This document shows positions 18,145 to 28,312 of a DNA stretch of 54,958 bases, piece by piece. The translations under genes and the position numbers were made by a program. This stretch comes from Clostridia bacterium (GTDB taxonomy: Bacteria > Bacillota > Clostridia > TANB77 > UBA1234). Below the pieces are notes generated by a model. That model had not been told where the DNA came from and made no database searches. It saw only the letters and a list, made by a program, of their open reading frames with translations. Every line of letters starts with the position of its first letter. Position 1 is the first letter of the stretch. The stretch covers positions 1 through 54,958 of the forward strand of contig CAADXZ010000200.1 of the NCBI GenBank assembly GCA_900753135.1, given 5' to 3'.

Positions 18145-19409
18145 GTGATTAATTTGTTAAAATTTATTCTTTTCATTTTTTTAGCTATACTTTATCTACT
18201 GATTCCAAAAGACTCAAGCTTTAAAGTTCTTAATTTTAGAAAGCACTTATTAACTTGCATACTTCTTGGAACAATGATATGTATAATTATATTTTCAAAT
18301 AGTACATACTTAGCCGCAAAAGATGGTTTCATGTTATGGGTAAATAACTTAGTGCCATCCTTATTACCGTTTTTGATTTGCATAAATCTATTAAAAAGCA
18401 CTAATTTTATTAATGTAATGCGGAAAATTATTAACACCAATTATGCGCCCGCTATTTAATATTCCTGGTAGTGGTGCATTTGCTGTTGCACTTGGAATAA
18501 CTTCCGGCTACCCTGTTGGTGCAAAAATCAGTAATGAATTATTTGAAAGTGGCGAATGCACAAAGCAAGAAGCTGAACGATTACTTTCATTTACCAATAC
18601 TTCTGGCCCACTATTTATCGTAAGTGCAATTGGCATTGGTATGTTTAATAATCCACAAATAGGAACTACACTTCTTATTACACATTTTTTAGCAAGCTTA
18701 ACTGTTGGTCTACTATTTAAGAAATATAAATCAAAGAAATCACCTAAGTCTTGTGACATTATAACATATAAAGAAACAAAAATAAACAATAATGCGAAAT
18801 TATGTCTATCAAATCTGGGGCTTTTCATGGGAAAAGCAATTGAAGATGCAATATCTACTTTGCTATTAATTTGTCGGCTATATTATATTTTTTGCAGTGT
18901 TAAGCAACATCCTAGAAAGAGTAGGATTCTTTACTTACATAGTGCATTTAATGACTCCTTTATTAAATATATTCAATATATCAGAAGCATATGTAGTTAG
19001 TGTTTTAAAGGGAATTATTGAGGTTACTAATGGTTTGAAAGCATTAACTAGCATTAATGTAGAAGCAACTATAACAAAGATATGCATTGCAGCCTTTTTA
19101 CTAGGTTTTGGTGGCATCTCAGTACTGATGCAAGTTTCGAGTATTATTTCAAAAAATAACTTATCAATAAAACCATATTTATTAGGCAAATTTCTTCATG
19201 GTTTTATAGCGTCATTATATACATTTCTTGCTTTAAAATATACAAATCTTGCGTCTATAGCTACACTAACTGTATTTAACTACTCAAATAACAGCAAGCC
19301 ACTAATCATTAATGAAACTTCAAATTTAATTAGTGTCATATGTGGAATAAGTTTGTTTGCAATAGTGACTAGAATTGTAATAGCTGTAGCTGCAAGAAGT
19401 AAGAAATAA
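18145..19409 (+). pseudogene. ylbJ: ylbJ-like sporulation integral membrane protein (nucleoside-recognition domains), disrupted by two +1 frameshifts
   Basis: Three consecutive track ORFs in frames 1, 2 and 3. Deleting C18421 restores ...NVM-GKLLTPIMRPLF. Deleting C18875 restores ...LLLIC-GYIIFFAVLSNILER. Confidence 0.75.
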
Positions 19410-19484
19410 TATGTAACTAAAATATTGCTTTTTTATGTCGAATTCTGTATGATATCTTTGTGCAAACATAGGAGGAATATTATT

Positions 19485-21185
19485 ATGAAAAAATTTTTAC
19501 ATAAAGCATTTATTTGCATATTTATAGTTTATTTGGCATTCGTAACATGTCTCGAAATAAAATCCATATTTACTAAAGGGAGTATAACAATAGAACCGGC
19601 AGACAATATACATCAGGCTCATTCAAGTTCAGGAGATGACATCAATAAAACTCCAAATAATGAAAAAGACACTAATGAGAAGACAAATGGCAATGTTAAA
19701 ACTGAACAGCAATCTATCAAAGAAATTACTTCTGGAGATGTGGAAAAACAAAAATGCACATATCAGATAAAAACACCTAGCGGAGAAGTTTTTTCGTCTA
19801 ATATCTACATCGGCGATCCTTCAGCATATAACAAAGTTGAAGGAATAACAACATTTAGAGGTAACAATTACCGTGATACCGCTTTTTATGGCAAGTTAGA
19901 TGTGAACGAAAAAAAACTTTCAAAAATATGGACTGCAACCATAGGTCAAACTGATAACTGGACTGGTGTTGGCTGGAACGGTCAACCTTCAATCATAAAA
20001 TGGGACTCAAAAGTAAGAAGTCAAATGAATTTATATGATAACTTTAAAAATAAAGAGGATTTTGTAGAAGTTATCTATGGAACATTAGATAGTCATATTC
20101 ATTTTTACGATTTAGAAACAGGTGAAAGTTCAAGACCTTCGATAAAAGTTCCAAGTTCAATAAAAGGTAGTATCACAATAGATCCACGCGGTTATCCACT
20201 TTTATATGTTGGACAAGGCATAAATGCCGTCAGTGGTGATCCTGTAGAATATGGTTATAGAATTTTCAGCTTAGTTACTGGTGAAGAATTATACTTCATA
20301 AATGGACGTGACAAATTCGCATATATTGGTTGGGGAGCTTTTGATGGCAATCCACTAATTGATACAAAAAATGATACACTAATTCTACCAGGAGAAAATG
20401 GAATCATATACATTTCAAAGCTTAACACAAACTATGATGAGATAAATGGTACTATTAGTATTAATCCTAACACTACAAAGTACAGGTACCTTGTTAATGG
20501 TAAAGCTGGTGGAATGGAAAATTCTCTTACGATATATAAAAATTTTGCATACTTTGCAAATAACAATGGAAACGTTCAATGTTTAGATTTAACAACATTA
20601 ACTCCACTTTGGAATCATGATATTATTGACGATTGTGACTCAACAATTGGTCTTGAGGAAGAACAAAATAATGTTTATTTATATATCGGAAACGAGGTGG
20701 ATAAGAGAAAAACAACGTCACCATCTATTGTTAGAAAGATAGATGGAAAAACTGGCAAAACACTTTGGGAGTACACCTGTGATTGTCTTTATGATGCAAA
20801 TGTAAATGGTGGTGTTCTTTCATCTCCTGTTATAGGAAAAGGTAAAATCTCAGATATTGTTATTTATAACTTTTCAAAAGTTACAACTTTAAGAAATGGG
20901 AAAATGGTTGCATTGAGCAAAAAAGATGGTACCGTCAAATGGGAAAAAGATTTGCAATATTACTCTTGGAGTTCACCAGTAGCTGTTTATTCGAATGATG
21001 GTACACCTTATATCGTATTTTGTAATTCTATTGGTCAAGTATTACTAATTGATGCTTTAACTGGCGAAACGCTATATATTCTTAACTCTGGTGGTGGAAA
21101 TTTTGAAGGTTCTCCAGCTATATTCAATAATAAAATTGTTATAGGTTCTAGAGGAAAAAGAATCTTTTGTATTGAAATAAAGTAA
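19485..21185 (+). CDS. Membrane-anchored PQQ-like beta-propeller repeat protein
   Basis: GGAGG upstream of the ATG at 19485, an N-terminal TM helix, and repeated ...D..TG...W... blades. Confidence 0.7.
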   Translation: MKKFLHKAFICIFIVYLAFVTCLEIKSIFTKGSITIEPADNIHQAHSSSGDDINKTPNNEKDTNEKTNGNVKTEQQSIKEITSGDVEKQKCTYQIKTPSGEVFSSNIYIGDPSAYNKVEGITTFRGNNYRDTAFYGKLDVNEKKLSKIWTATIGQTDNWTGVGWNGQPSIIKWDSKVRSQMNLYDNFKNKEDFVEVIYGTLDSHIHFYDLETGESSRPSIKVPSSIKGSITIDPRGYPLLYVGQGINAVSGDPVEYGYRIFSLVTGEELYFINGRDKFAYIGWGAFDGNPLIDTKNDTLILPGENGIIYISKLNTNYDEINGTISINPNTTKYRYLVNGKAGGMENSLTIYKNFAYFANNNGNVQCLDLTTLTPLWNHDIIDDCDSTIGLEEEQNNVYLYIGNEVDKRKTTSPSIVRKIDGKTGKTLWEYTCDCLYDANVNGGVLSSPVIGKGKISDIVIYNFSKVTTLRNGKMVALSKKDGTVKWEKDLQYYSWSSPVAVYSNDGTPYIVFCNSIGQVLLIDALTGETLYILNSGGGNFEGSPAIFNNKIVIGSRGKRIFCIEIK

Positions 21186-21190
21186 CACAA

Positions 21191-21232
21191 AAAAGACTGA
21201 AAACTCATACATTTTCAGTCTTTTCTTATTTT
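21191..21232. terminator. Bidirectional terminator between convergent genes
   Basis: 12-bp stem AAAGACTGAAAA / TTTTCAGTCTTT with an 8-nt loop and T/A runs on both sides. Confidence 0.8.
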
Positions 21233-21241
21233 TTTCAAATA

Positions 21242-22453
21242 TTATTTATTTAATATCTGCACTTCTCCACCTTTATTTGAAACTCTTACTAACATTGGAA
21301 CATATATATATCCTTCACTTGAAGACATATTTTCTATATCTTCATCCTCATCATATGTAACGTTTCCAATGTCAAATTTGTAGTACAAATAATCTCCTAT
21401 ATTATATGCATAATCTATCGTTATCATATTCGTATCTTTAACAGGGTTTTCAATTTGACCAACATCTTTTCCTTTATTATATAAATGTATTACTCCATTT
21501 ATGTCTTTTAAATCATAGTTTCTTTGTATATCTGTTTTAATTTCATCATGAGTTTCTTCTATCTTATCATTCTTTATAATGTACATTTTTTCAGTATCAC
21601 CACTCATATTCGCATAAAACCAAGGCGTATCATTATCTTCATTCATGAACATATATATGTTTTGATATTCATTCAAATTAATTTTTTCTTTCTTGCCATC
21701 TTTCATATTAATTTTCAAAACATAGCTTTCTCCATCTATGTCAGTTGCCACACAATATACATAATTTTTTGTTGGAACAATTTGCAATACTTCATCATAT
21801 TTAGAAAGTTCATCACTCAAAGTAACTAATGCAAATTCATTTTTGGTTAATGCTACAATGAGTGTATTATTTTTATGACCAGGTGTTGTGTAATATATAT
21901 AATTATCGTCCTCACTCATTTTTTTCATATTTGCACTTGAAATTTGATTAACGTTATTTATGGCATTAAGAGTTTTACTATAATCAGCACTATATATATC
22001 GTTAGCATACAAGAAGACTACTTTTTTGCCATCAAAATATTGTAATTCACCTTGGCAAAAGAATTTCATATCATTTTTTTCTAAATCATACTGATATGTA
22101 TTATCTGCATAAACTATATATATCATATTGTTATAAAAAAACATATTATGATTGCTTATTGCTGTTTTCTTAAAATCGATAACATCTGTTATGGTTATAT
22201 TCTTATCCTTTGCTGAAATTCTGCTTATATTACTTTGAAAGTCTCCACTTTCATTTGTATATTCGTTTTGGTAATATATCATGCCATTATATTGAACTAT
22301 ATGCGACCAATTATTCAAAATATCATTTGAATAGCTATCATTATCTTTTTTATTATTCTTACTAACTTGACTGCCAAGAACTACAAATATTGCAATTAAA
22401 ATTATAGTTAAAACACTTGCTATAAGCTTAAGTTGTTTTAAATTTAACTTCAT
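21242..22453 (-). CDS. Hypothetical membrane-anchored protein (Tyr/Asn-rich, possibly beta-propeller)
   Basis: ORF track 403 aa, N-terminal TM helix, GAGGAGGGG SD. Confidence 0.65.
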   Translation of the reverse strand: MKLNLKQLKLIASVLTIILIAIFVVLGSQVSKNNKKDNDSYSNDILNNWSHIVQYNGMIYYQNEYTNESGDFQSNISRISAKDKNITITDVIDFKKTAISNHNMFFYNNMIYIVYADNTYQYDLEKNDMKFFCQGELQYFDGKKVVFLYANDIYSADYSKTLNAINNVNQISSANMKKMSEDDNYIYYTTPGHKNNTLIVALTKNEFALVTLSDELSKYDEVLQIVPTKNYVYCVATDIDGESYVLKINMKDGKKEKINLNEYQNIYMFMNEDNDTPWFYANMSGDTEKMYIIKNDKIEETHDEIKTDIQRNYDLKDINGVIHLYNKGKDVGQIENPVKDTNMITIDYAYNIGDYLYYKFDIGNVTYDEDEDIENMSSSEGYIYVPMLVRVSNKGGEVQILNK

Positions 22454-22528
22454 AGATTACCCCTCCTCGGTCAAATTTTAACTTCCACTTTTAGTATAAC
22501 AAAAATAGATTAGTATTTTCAATACATT

Positions 22529-23161
22529 TTAATCTTTATATGCTTCCAATCTGTTGATTTTGACACCTTTAGCACTGAACTTTTCTTCGTACTCTGTTGG
22601 TATATTAAAAATGTCTTCGTTATGCAAATCATACGTCAAATTTTTAATTTCATATCCATATTCTAAGAAACTTTTTCTAGAATATTCGAAAAAATCAAAA
22701 TTATCTGTTTTTTGAAATATCTCTTTTTTACCCTTAAAAACATTATCATATTTTTCTAAAAAGTTTTTACTGGTAAGTCTTCTTTTTTCATGTTTACTCT
22801 TTGGCCATGGATCTGAAAAATTTAAATATATTCTATCCACATCATTTTTAAAAACTTCTTCTATATCATTAGCGTCAGTCAAAACAAGTTTTAAATTTGG
22901 AATCTTTTCTTCTTCATCTAGTATGTTAAATGCTTTAACCATTACACTATCATACTTTTCAATACCTATAAAATTGATATTTGGATAAGTTTTAGCCATA
23001 TTTATAATAAACTTTCCTTTTCCCATGCCTATTTCAATATGTATTGGGTTTTCATTCTTGAATACTTCTTGCCATCTTCCTATATTATCTTTAGGGTTGC
23101 ATACAAAGTATTCAGACGCTTCTACTCTTTCTTTTGCATTTTTTACTTTCTTTAGTCTCAT
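22529..23161 (-). CDS. trmB: tRNA (guanine46-N7)-methyltransferase
   Basis: EIGMGKGKF and FSDPWPKSKHEKRRL motifs. Confidence 0.9.
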   Translation of the reverse strand: MRLKKVKNAKERVEASEYFVCNPKDNIGRWQEVFKNENPIHIEIGMGKGKFIINMAKTYPNINFIGIEKYDSVMVKAFNILDEEEKIPNLKLVLTDANDIEEVFKNDVDRIYLNFSDPWPKSKHEKRRLTSKNFLEKYDNVFKGKKEIFQKTDNFDFFEYSRKSFLEYGYEIKNLTYDLHNEDIFNIPTEYEEKFSAKGVKINRLEAYKD

Positions 23162-23305
23162 TTTATGTTACCTCCGTTTCTTCAAGTTCATAATATTTTT
23201 ACAGAAATTTACTGTTTTTTATAGACACATCAAACATGTTTATTATATAATACTTTCTGCAGTTATTCAAACCTAACTGTCAAAATTTAATAGGAGGTTG
23301 ATTTC

Positions 23306-23674
23306 ATGTTAAAGAAAATTTCTTTATTAGTTTCTTTAGTTATGATTCTTTCTCTTTCTTGTGTTGTTTTTGCTACTGATAATGCAGATTTATTAGCAGC
23401 ACCAGCTCAAGCTGAAACATCAGGAGAAGTTTCTGGTGAGGTTTCAGGAGAATCAAATACAGAAGTAAGCGGAGAAGTTTCTGGCGAAGATGTATCAGGT
23501 GAAACAAACATAAGCGGTGAAGTTAATAATACTCCATCTACTCCTGATAATACTACAACACCAGATAACAATAGTGAAACAGCTAACTCTAACAACACAG
23601 TTGTTGGTGCTATTATAGCTATCGTTATTGTTATTGCAGTTGTTGCAATTGTATATGTAATTCAAAAGAAATAA
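23306..23674 (+). CDS. Small secreted, C-terminally anchored protein with SGEVSGE-type repeats
   Basis: AGGAGG SD, signal peptide, (S/T)GE(V/D)-rich repeats, C-terminal TM helix followed by KK. Confidence 0.7.
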   Translation: MLKKISLLVSLVMILSLSCVVFATDNADLLAAPAQAETSGEVSGEVSGESNTEVSGEVSGEDVSGETNISGEVNNTPSTPDNTTTPDNNSETANSNNTVVGAIIAIVIVIAVVAIVYVIQKK

Positions 23675-23678
23675 TGTA

Positions 23679-23707
23679 TAAAAAAGCTGCCATAAGGCAG
23701 TTTTTTT
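23679..23707. terminator. Bidirectional terminator
   Basis: AAAAAGCTGCC-ATAA-GGCAGTTTTTTT. Confidence 0.8.
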
Positions 23708-24221
23708 ATTTTTCTTCTTCTTCACTTTGATTTTCATTTTTTTCTTCTTTAGTACATCCACATTCACAATCATCATCTTTATAATATTCATAAGAATATG
23801 TTGTTCCTTTATCTTTACAGATTTCTCCGATTTTGTCCAATATGTTCGGAACGTAATCTAAAAGCTTATCCACAGCATTGCAATGATCAACAGGAATAAA
23901 CTTTGGACATTTGCTATCATTCATTCCAGATACAATTACAAAGCCAACAGGTGTAATATTAACAGCAGCTCCACTTCCTCCGCCAAAAGGTAATTTATAC
24001 GCAATGTCTTCATCTATACCTTCCTTTGAATATTCATCTAAAGCTTCACTGGCAAATTCACTACCACCAGCTGCAAAACCAAATGTCACCTTCGAAATCG
24101 GTATTATAACTGTTCCATTAACTGTTTCAATAGCCTCACCCACTATTGTATTTACATCAATCATATCTTTCAAATTACTCATTGCAGAATTCATAAGACT
24201 CTCTATTGGATGTTCAATCAT
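23706..24221 (-). CDS. ytfJ: GerW/YtfJ-family sporulation protein
   Basis: VNTIVGEAIETVNGTVIIPISKVTFGFAAGGSEF; AGGAGG upstream of the ATG at 24221. Confidence 0.85.
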   Translation of the reverse strand: MIEHPIESLMNSAMSNLKDMIDVNTIVGEAIETVNGTVIIPISKVTFGFAAGGSEFASEALDEYSKEGIDEDIAYKLPFGGGSGAAVNITPVGFVIVSGMNDSKCPKFIPVDHCNAVDKLLDYVPNILDKIGEICKDKGTTYSYEYYKDDDCECGCTKEEKNENQSEEEEK

Positions 24222-24285
24222 ATATATCCTCCTTATACTCTTTTGTTTCACAAAATAATATTCCACAAAAAGATATTAATTATAC

Positions 24286-24834
24286 CTATATGTCTACCGT
24301 ATAGTATCTTAAGAAAATTAAAAGAGCTTTATATGGTGTAATACTTATAATTGTATTTAGCTTTACCTTTAGTTCAAAATCATTGTAGCTTGCTAAAGTT
24401 TTGTAACTAATGTTCTTCTTTTGTTTAAATGGTAATCTAAAGCAATAAGGAATTAATATGTTTACCACCTGTGATGCAAAGATAGTTAAAAAAACAAATG
24501 GTGTTCCAATTAAGACATTTAATTTCAAACTATCAATTTCTATCACTTCAGCAATATCTTTTATTAATGATAATTTGTTTTCAACATTATTTTTTAACTT
24601 AATCTTTTTTCTATTTTTATTACTCTTATTGTTACTTTTTCGATTCTCTTTTTTCTTCAAAATAAATTTGATTTTAAATTCCTTTTTAAAAACTTTAACT
24701 TTTACATATATCTTTAAATTGTCTATAACAATGTTTACATGAAGTTTAATTTTCAAAAATATAAGACTAAGGAATATTATAATTAAAACAATAAAAAAAA
24801 TAATAAGTACCTTCATAGCACTTATTATTTCCAT
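24286..24834 (-). CDS. DUF2953/YtfI-like membrane protein
   Basis: N-terminal TM helix, a Lys-rich linker, and a position directly upstream of ytfJ as in Bacillus ytfI-ytfJ. Confidence 0.55.
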   Translation of the reverse strand: MEIISAMKVLIIFFIVLIIIFLSLIFLKIKLHVNIVIDNLKIYVKVKVFKKEFKIKFILKKKENRKSNNKSNKNRKKIKLKNNVENKLSLIKDIAEVIEIDSLKLNVLIGTPFVFLTIFASQVVNILIPYCFRLPFKQKKNISYKTLASYNDFELKVKLNTIISITPYKALLIFLRYYTVDI

Positions 24835-24854
24835 TTTTTATAAATTATACTCAA

Positions 24855-26402
24855 TTATATTTGTTGTTTTAACCTGACATAACCCTTTTCTATCCACATG
24901 TTATAGTCAAGATCAAGTTTGAATAAAAGTTTTGGTTTAGAACCTGCTCTGTTTTTATCAACTACACAAGCATAATACTTAGTGTTTGAAGTTTCTGGTG
25001 GTTCTAAATCCTTATATTCTTCAGACTCTTCTTGTTCTGAATATTCATATTCATTTAACGTATTATTGTTTATTGCCTTAATCAAACATAAGTTATCTAA
25101 TACCTCTTTTACAGTTCTTGTACTCTGCATATCATTAACCGACATATTCAATGGTAAAGTAGCATTATCAACAAGCTGCAATGTAGAGCCTATGAACAAA
25201 TTAAAACTCTGTGCTAAAGTAGAAAGTACTGTTGCAGTTTTCTTAACCTCTTCACCGTTACCTATATGCTCAATATCAGTTTTTAGTGTATCATAGAAAA
25301 AGTACTCTATTCCCTCTTTATAGTAATAATCCAAAATGATATTTCTAAGTTCATCATTAGTATGATCCGCTGTATGAACAAAATAGATACCAGCATCTTT
25401 AAAATCAGAAAGCCAATCAGTTGCCCTTATAGTTTTGTTAAATTCTTCTGAAACCAATGCAAGTCTACTTCTGTATTCCTCATCAGTTTCATTTTCCTTT
25501 CTTAATACAAAGCCGTCTTCATCAACTTCAACATCTTTGTCTGGATCTGGTCTGAATTTTAACGCAAGAAGTTCAGCCTCTCTCTTATGAAGTTTTTGCT
25601 TATGCAATTCTTGAATAAAAGGTGAATTAACTATTGTTGTTATTAAACAAAGTTTCATCTTATCTTCTGTCATCTCGTTTGAAATAAGTAATACTTTCTT
25701 CTTTTCAACATAGACAAGATATGCAATTATATTAGTGATAAATCTACTTTTACCTGCGTTAGAAGGCATTGCAAAAGACATAGTTTCACCTTTTCTAAAG
25801 CCTTTAAAAGTTTTATTCATAACAGGAAAAGGTATTGCTATACCTGTCTTCAAATTATTATTACCTTCAAGCAAGAAATCAGTTATTCCCTCATTTAATA
25901 CACATTCTCTAATACTACTCGTAAAACTAATTTGATTCAAAGAATTTACGATTTCATCAATACCCATTTCATTGTATCTATCATACTTTTTAATAGAAAC
26001 AACTTTATCTTGAATCGTTTTTGTTGGAGCATTTGCATAAGCCATTTTCAACAAGAATAATTTTCTTATTTCGTAATATGCTTGCTCCATTGTATAATTA
26101 GAATCTAAAGCATATTTTTTACAAGTCTCCATATATGTATCTGTTTTTTCTGTTATCTTAGGGAAAGAAAATCCTCTTTTGGCAGCCTCTGAAGCATAAG
26201 ATTGTCCCTCTCTAAAAAGAACTAATTTATAAATATCTAGCATCCAAGGCACTGAAAATTGACACTCTTCACATTCAAGGTAAAACATACCAATACCTTT
26301 TGGATTTAAAATCAACAATCCAACATATATAGCTTCTAATTTTTCATTAGTAAGTATAGCTGGAAATTTAACTGCCCCTTCTTTTTTTATAGTATAAGCC
26401 AC
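24855..26402 (-). CDS. Divergent DnaB-family helicase paralogue
   Basis: DnaB N-domain-like LEAIYVGLLILNP; Walker A AMPSNAGKS; Walker B FFYDTLK; VVDKNRAG (KxRxG motif); GTG start with TAGGAGTGA SD. Confidence 0.7.
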   Translation of the reverse strand: MAYTIKKEGAVKFPAILTNEKLEAIYVGLLILNPKGIGMFYLECEECQFSVPWMLDIYKLVLFREGQSYASEAAKRGFSFPKITEKTDTYMETCKKYALDSNYTMEQAYYEIRKLFLLKMAYANAPTKTIQDKVVSIKKYDRYNEMGIDEIVNSLNQISFTSSIRECVLNEGITDFLLEGNNNLKTGIAIPFPVMNKTFKGFRKGETMSFAMPSNAGKSRFITNIIAYLVYVEKKKVLLISNEMTEDKMKLCLITTIVNSPFIQELHKQKLHKREAELLALKFRPDPDKDVEVDEDGFVLRKENETDEEYRSRLALVSEEFNKTIRATDWLSDFKDAGIYFVHTADHTNDELRNIILDYYYKEGIEYFFYDTLKTDIEHIGNGEEVKKTATVLSTLAQSFNLFIGSTLQLVDNATLPLNMSVNDMQSTRTVKEVLDNLCLIKAINNNTLNEYEYSEQEESEEYKDLEPPETSNTKYYACVVDKNRAGSKPKLLFKLDLDYNMWIEKGYVRLKQQI

Positions 26403-26460
26403 TTAAATTTCACTCCTATCAAAATGTATTTTACTACTACTTAATATTATAAATTTTGAC

Positions 26461-28278
26461 TTATTTTGTGTCAAGAGAATGTATAAAAGTAAATATTTCC
26501 ATAGCTGTTTTCTTATCAATTCCTTCTGTTTCTTCCAACTCTTCAACACTAGCATTTAAAATATTATTAACTGTTTTAAATTTTTTAAGTAATTCTGATT
26601 TTCTTTTTTCTCCCACTCCTGGTATCTCATCCAATACAGATTTAGAAGTTCTCTTTTCTCTTAGTTTTCTATGATATTCAATAGCTGTTTTATGAACTTC
26701 ATCTTGCATAAATGTTACAAAATGCATAACTTCATCATCATGTATTTCAAACTCTATTCCATTTTCATCAATCACTCCACGAGTTCTATGCTTATCATTC
26801 TTAACAAGTCCATACGTTGGAATGTTTATTTTTATGTCATTTAACACTTCTTTTGCGGCTCTAACCTGCGTTATTCCTCCATCCATAAGTATTAAATTAG
26901 GCTTTGGTCCAAAAGGATTTTTTTCATGTTCTCCAATCACATATTTAAGTCTTCTTCTAAGTACCTCTTTCAAACACTCAACATCATTTTGACCAACAAT
27001 GGTTTTAATTTTGATTCTTCTATATTCATTCTTCTTTGGTTTTCCATTTTCAAAAACAACCATTCCCGCAACGGTATCTGTTCCAGATATATTAGATATA
27101 TCATAACTTTCAATTCTTAATGGTAACTCATCCAAATTCAAAATATTTTTTAATTTATTCATTATCTGTTCTTTTTGAATTACATCTCTTTTATTTTCAA
27201 GAGAGATGAGTGCATTTTTTTCTGCCATTTCTATAAAACGCATCTTTTCGCCTTTCATTGGCACTTTAAATTCAACACTTTTTCCGTTATTTAAATCTTT
27301 AAGCCATTCACGCAAAAGCTCCATATCATCAAACTCATATTTAAAAATAATCTTGTTAGGAACATTTTCCTCTGTGTAAAACTGCTTCATGAAATCAGAG
27401 ATTATATCGCCCTCGTAAACCTCTGCAACATCATCAAATATGAAGTTTTCTCCACCAATCATTTTTCCACCGCGTATTCTAAACAACTCCAAAGAAGCCT
27501 TGTTTAGTGATTTTATAACTCCTATTACATCTACGTCATGTTCGTTAAAGTTATCAATCTTTTGCTTTTGAGATAAGTTTTGAATACTATAAATTTTATC
27601 ACGCAAATTTGCAGCTTTTTCAAAATTCATGTCTTTAGCAGCTTGCTTCATCTCTGTTTCAAGGTCTTTCAAAATATCATCAACTTTGCCATCAAGAAAC
27701 ATCATAACCTTTCTTATACTTTTCATATATTCTTCTCTCGATACATTTCCGCTGCAAACTCCCATACAACGCTTAATATGATAATTCAAGCATGGCGTTT
27801 CTGGCTTTTTAAATATTTTTCTGCAATGTTTAAGCATAAATAATTGATTTAAAAAATCAACAGTATCTTTTACTGCAAAGGCATTAGTGTAAGGTCCATA
27901 ATATTTTGCTGTGTCATTAAGTTTTTTTCTAGTAACACGCAAGGTTGGAAATTCCTCGTTTATAGTAAGTTTTATATAAGGATACATTTTGTCATCTTTA
28001 AGTAGCACATTATACTTTGGTCTATGTAATTTTATCAAGTTACACTCCAAAATCAACGCTTCCATCTCTGAATCCACAACTATATATTCAAAATGATCAA
28101 TTAGAGAAACCATCTTCTCAATTCTAGCCGTCTTATTATTCTTTTGAAAATACTGACGAACACGATTTTTGAGGATGACAGCTTTTCCAACATACAAAAT
28201 CTTATCATCCTTGTCTTTCATTATATAAACACCTGGTTTCTCAGGTAGTTTTTTTAGTTCTTCTTTTATATCAAACAT
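26461..28278 (-). CDS. uvrC: Excinuclease ABC subunit C
   Basis: GIY-YIG N-terminus (GVYIMKDKDDKILYVGKA), UvrBC-interaction region, C-terminal HhH. Confidence 0.95.
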   Translation of the reverse strand: MFDIKEELKKLPEKPGVYIMKDKDDKILYVGKAVILKNRVRQYFQKNNKTARIEKMVSLIDHFEYIVVDSEMEALILECNLIKLHRPKYNVLLKDDKMYPYIKLTINEEFPTLRVTRKKLNDTAKYYGPYTNAFAVKDTVDFLNQLFMLKHCRKIFKKPETPCLNYHIKRCMGVCSGNVSREEYMKSIRKVMMFLDGKVDDILKDLETEMKQAAKDMNFEKAANLRDKIYSIQNLSQKQKIDNFNEHDVDVIGVIKSLNKASLELFRIRGGKMIGGENFIFDDVAEVYEGDIISDFMKQFYTEENVPNKIIFKYEFDDMELLREWLKDLNNGKSVEFKVPMKGEKMRFIEMAEKNALISLENKRDVIQKEQIMNKLKNILNLDELPLRIESYDISNISGTDTVAGMVVFENGKPKKNEYRRIKIKTIVGQNDVECLKEVLRRRLKYVIGEHEKNPFGPKPNLILMDGGITQVRAAKEVLNDIKINIPTYGLVKNDKHRTRGVIDENGIEFEIHDDEVMHFVTFMQDEVHKTAIEYHRKLREKRTSKSVLDEIPGVGEKRKSELLKKFKTVNNILNASVEELEETEGIDKKTAMEIFTFIHSLDTK

Positions 28279-28312
28279 TACTTCCTCCTGTGCATTACTA
28301 CTTTTGATATAA

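Noticed and set aside
18418-18877. Programmed +1 ribosomal frameshifting at the two CGG codons of ylbJ
   Set aside because: The P-site codons (AUG, UGU) cannot re-pair in the +1 frame, and no stimulatory SD-like or structural element is evident. Mutation or a consensus error is the simpler explanation.
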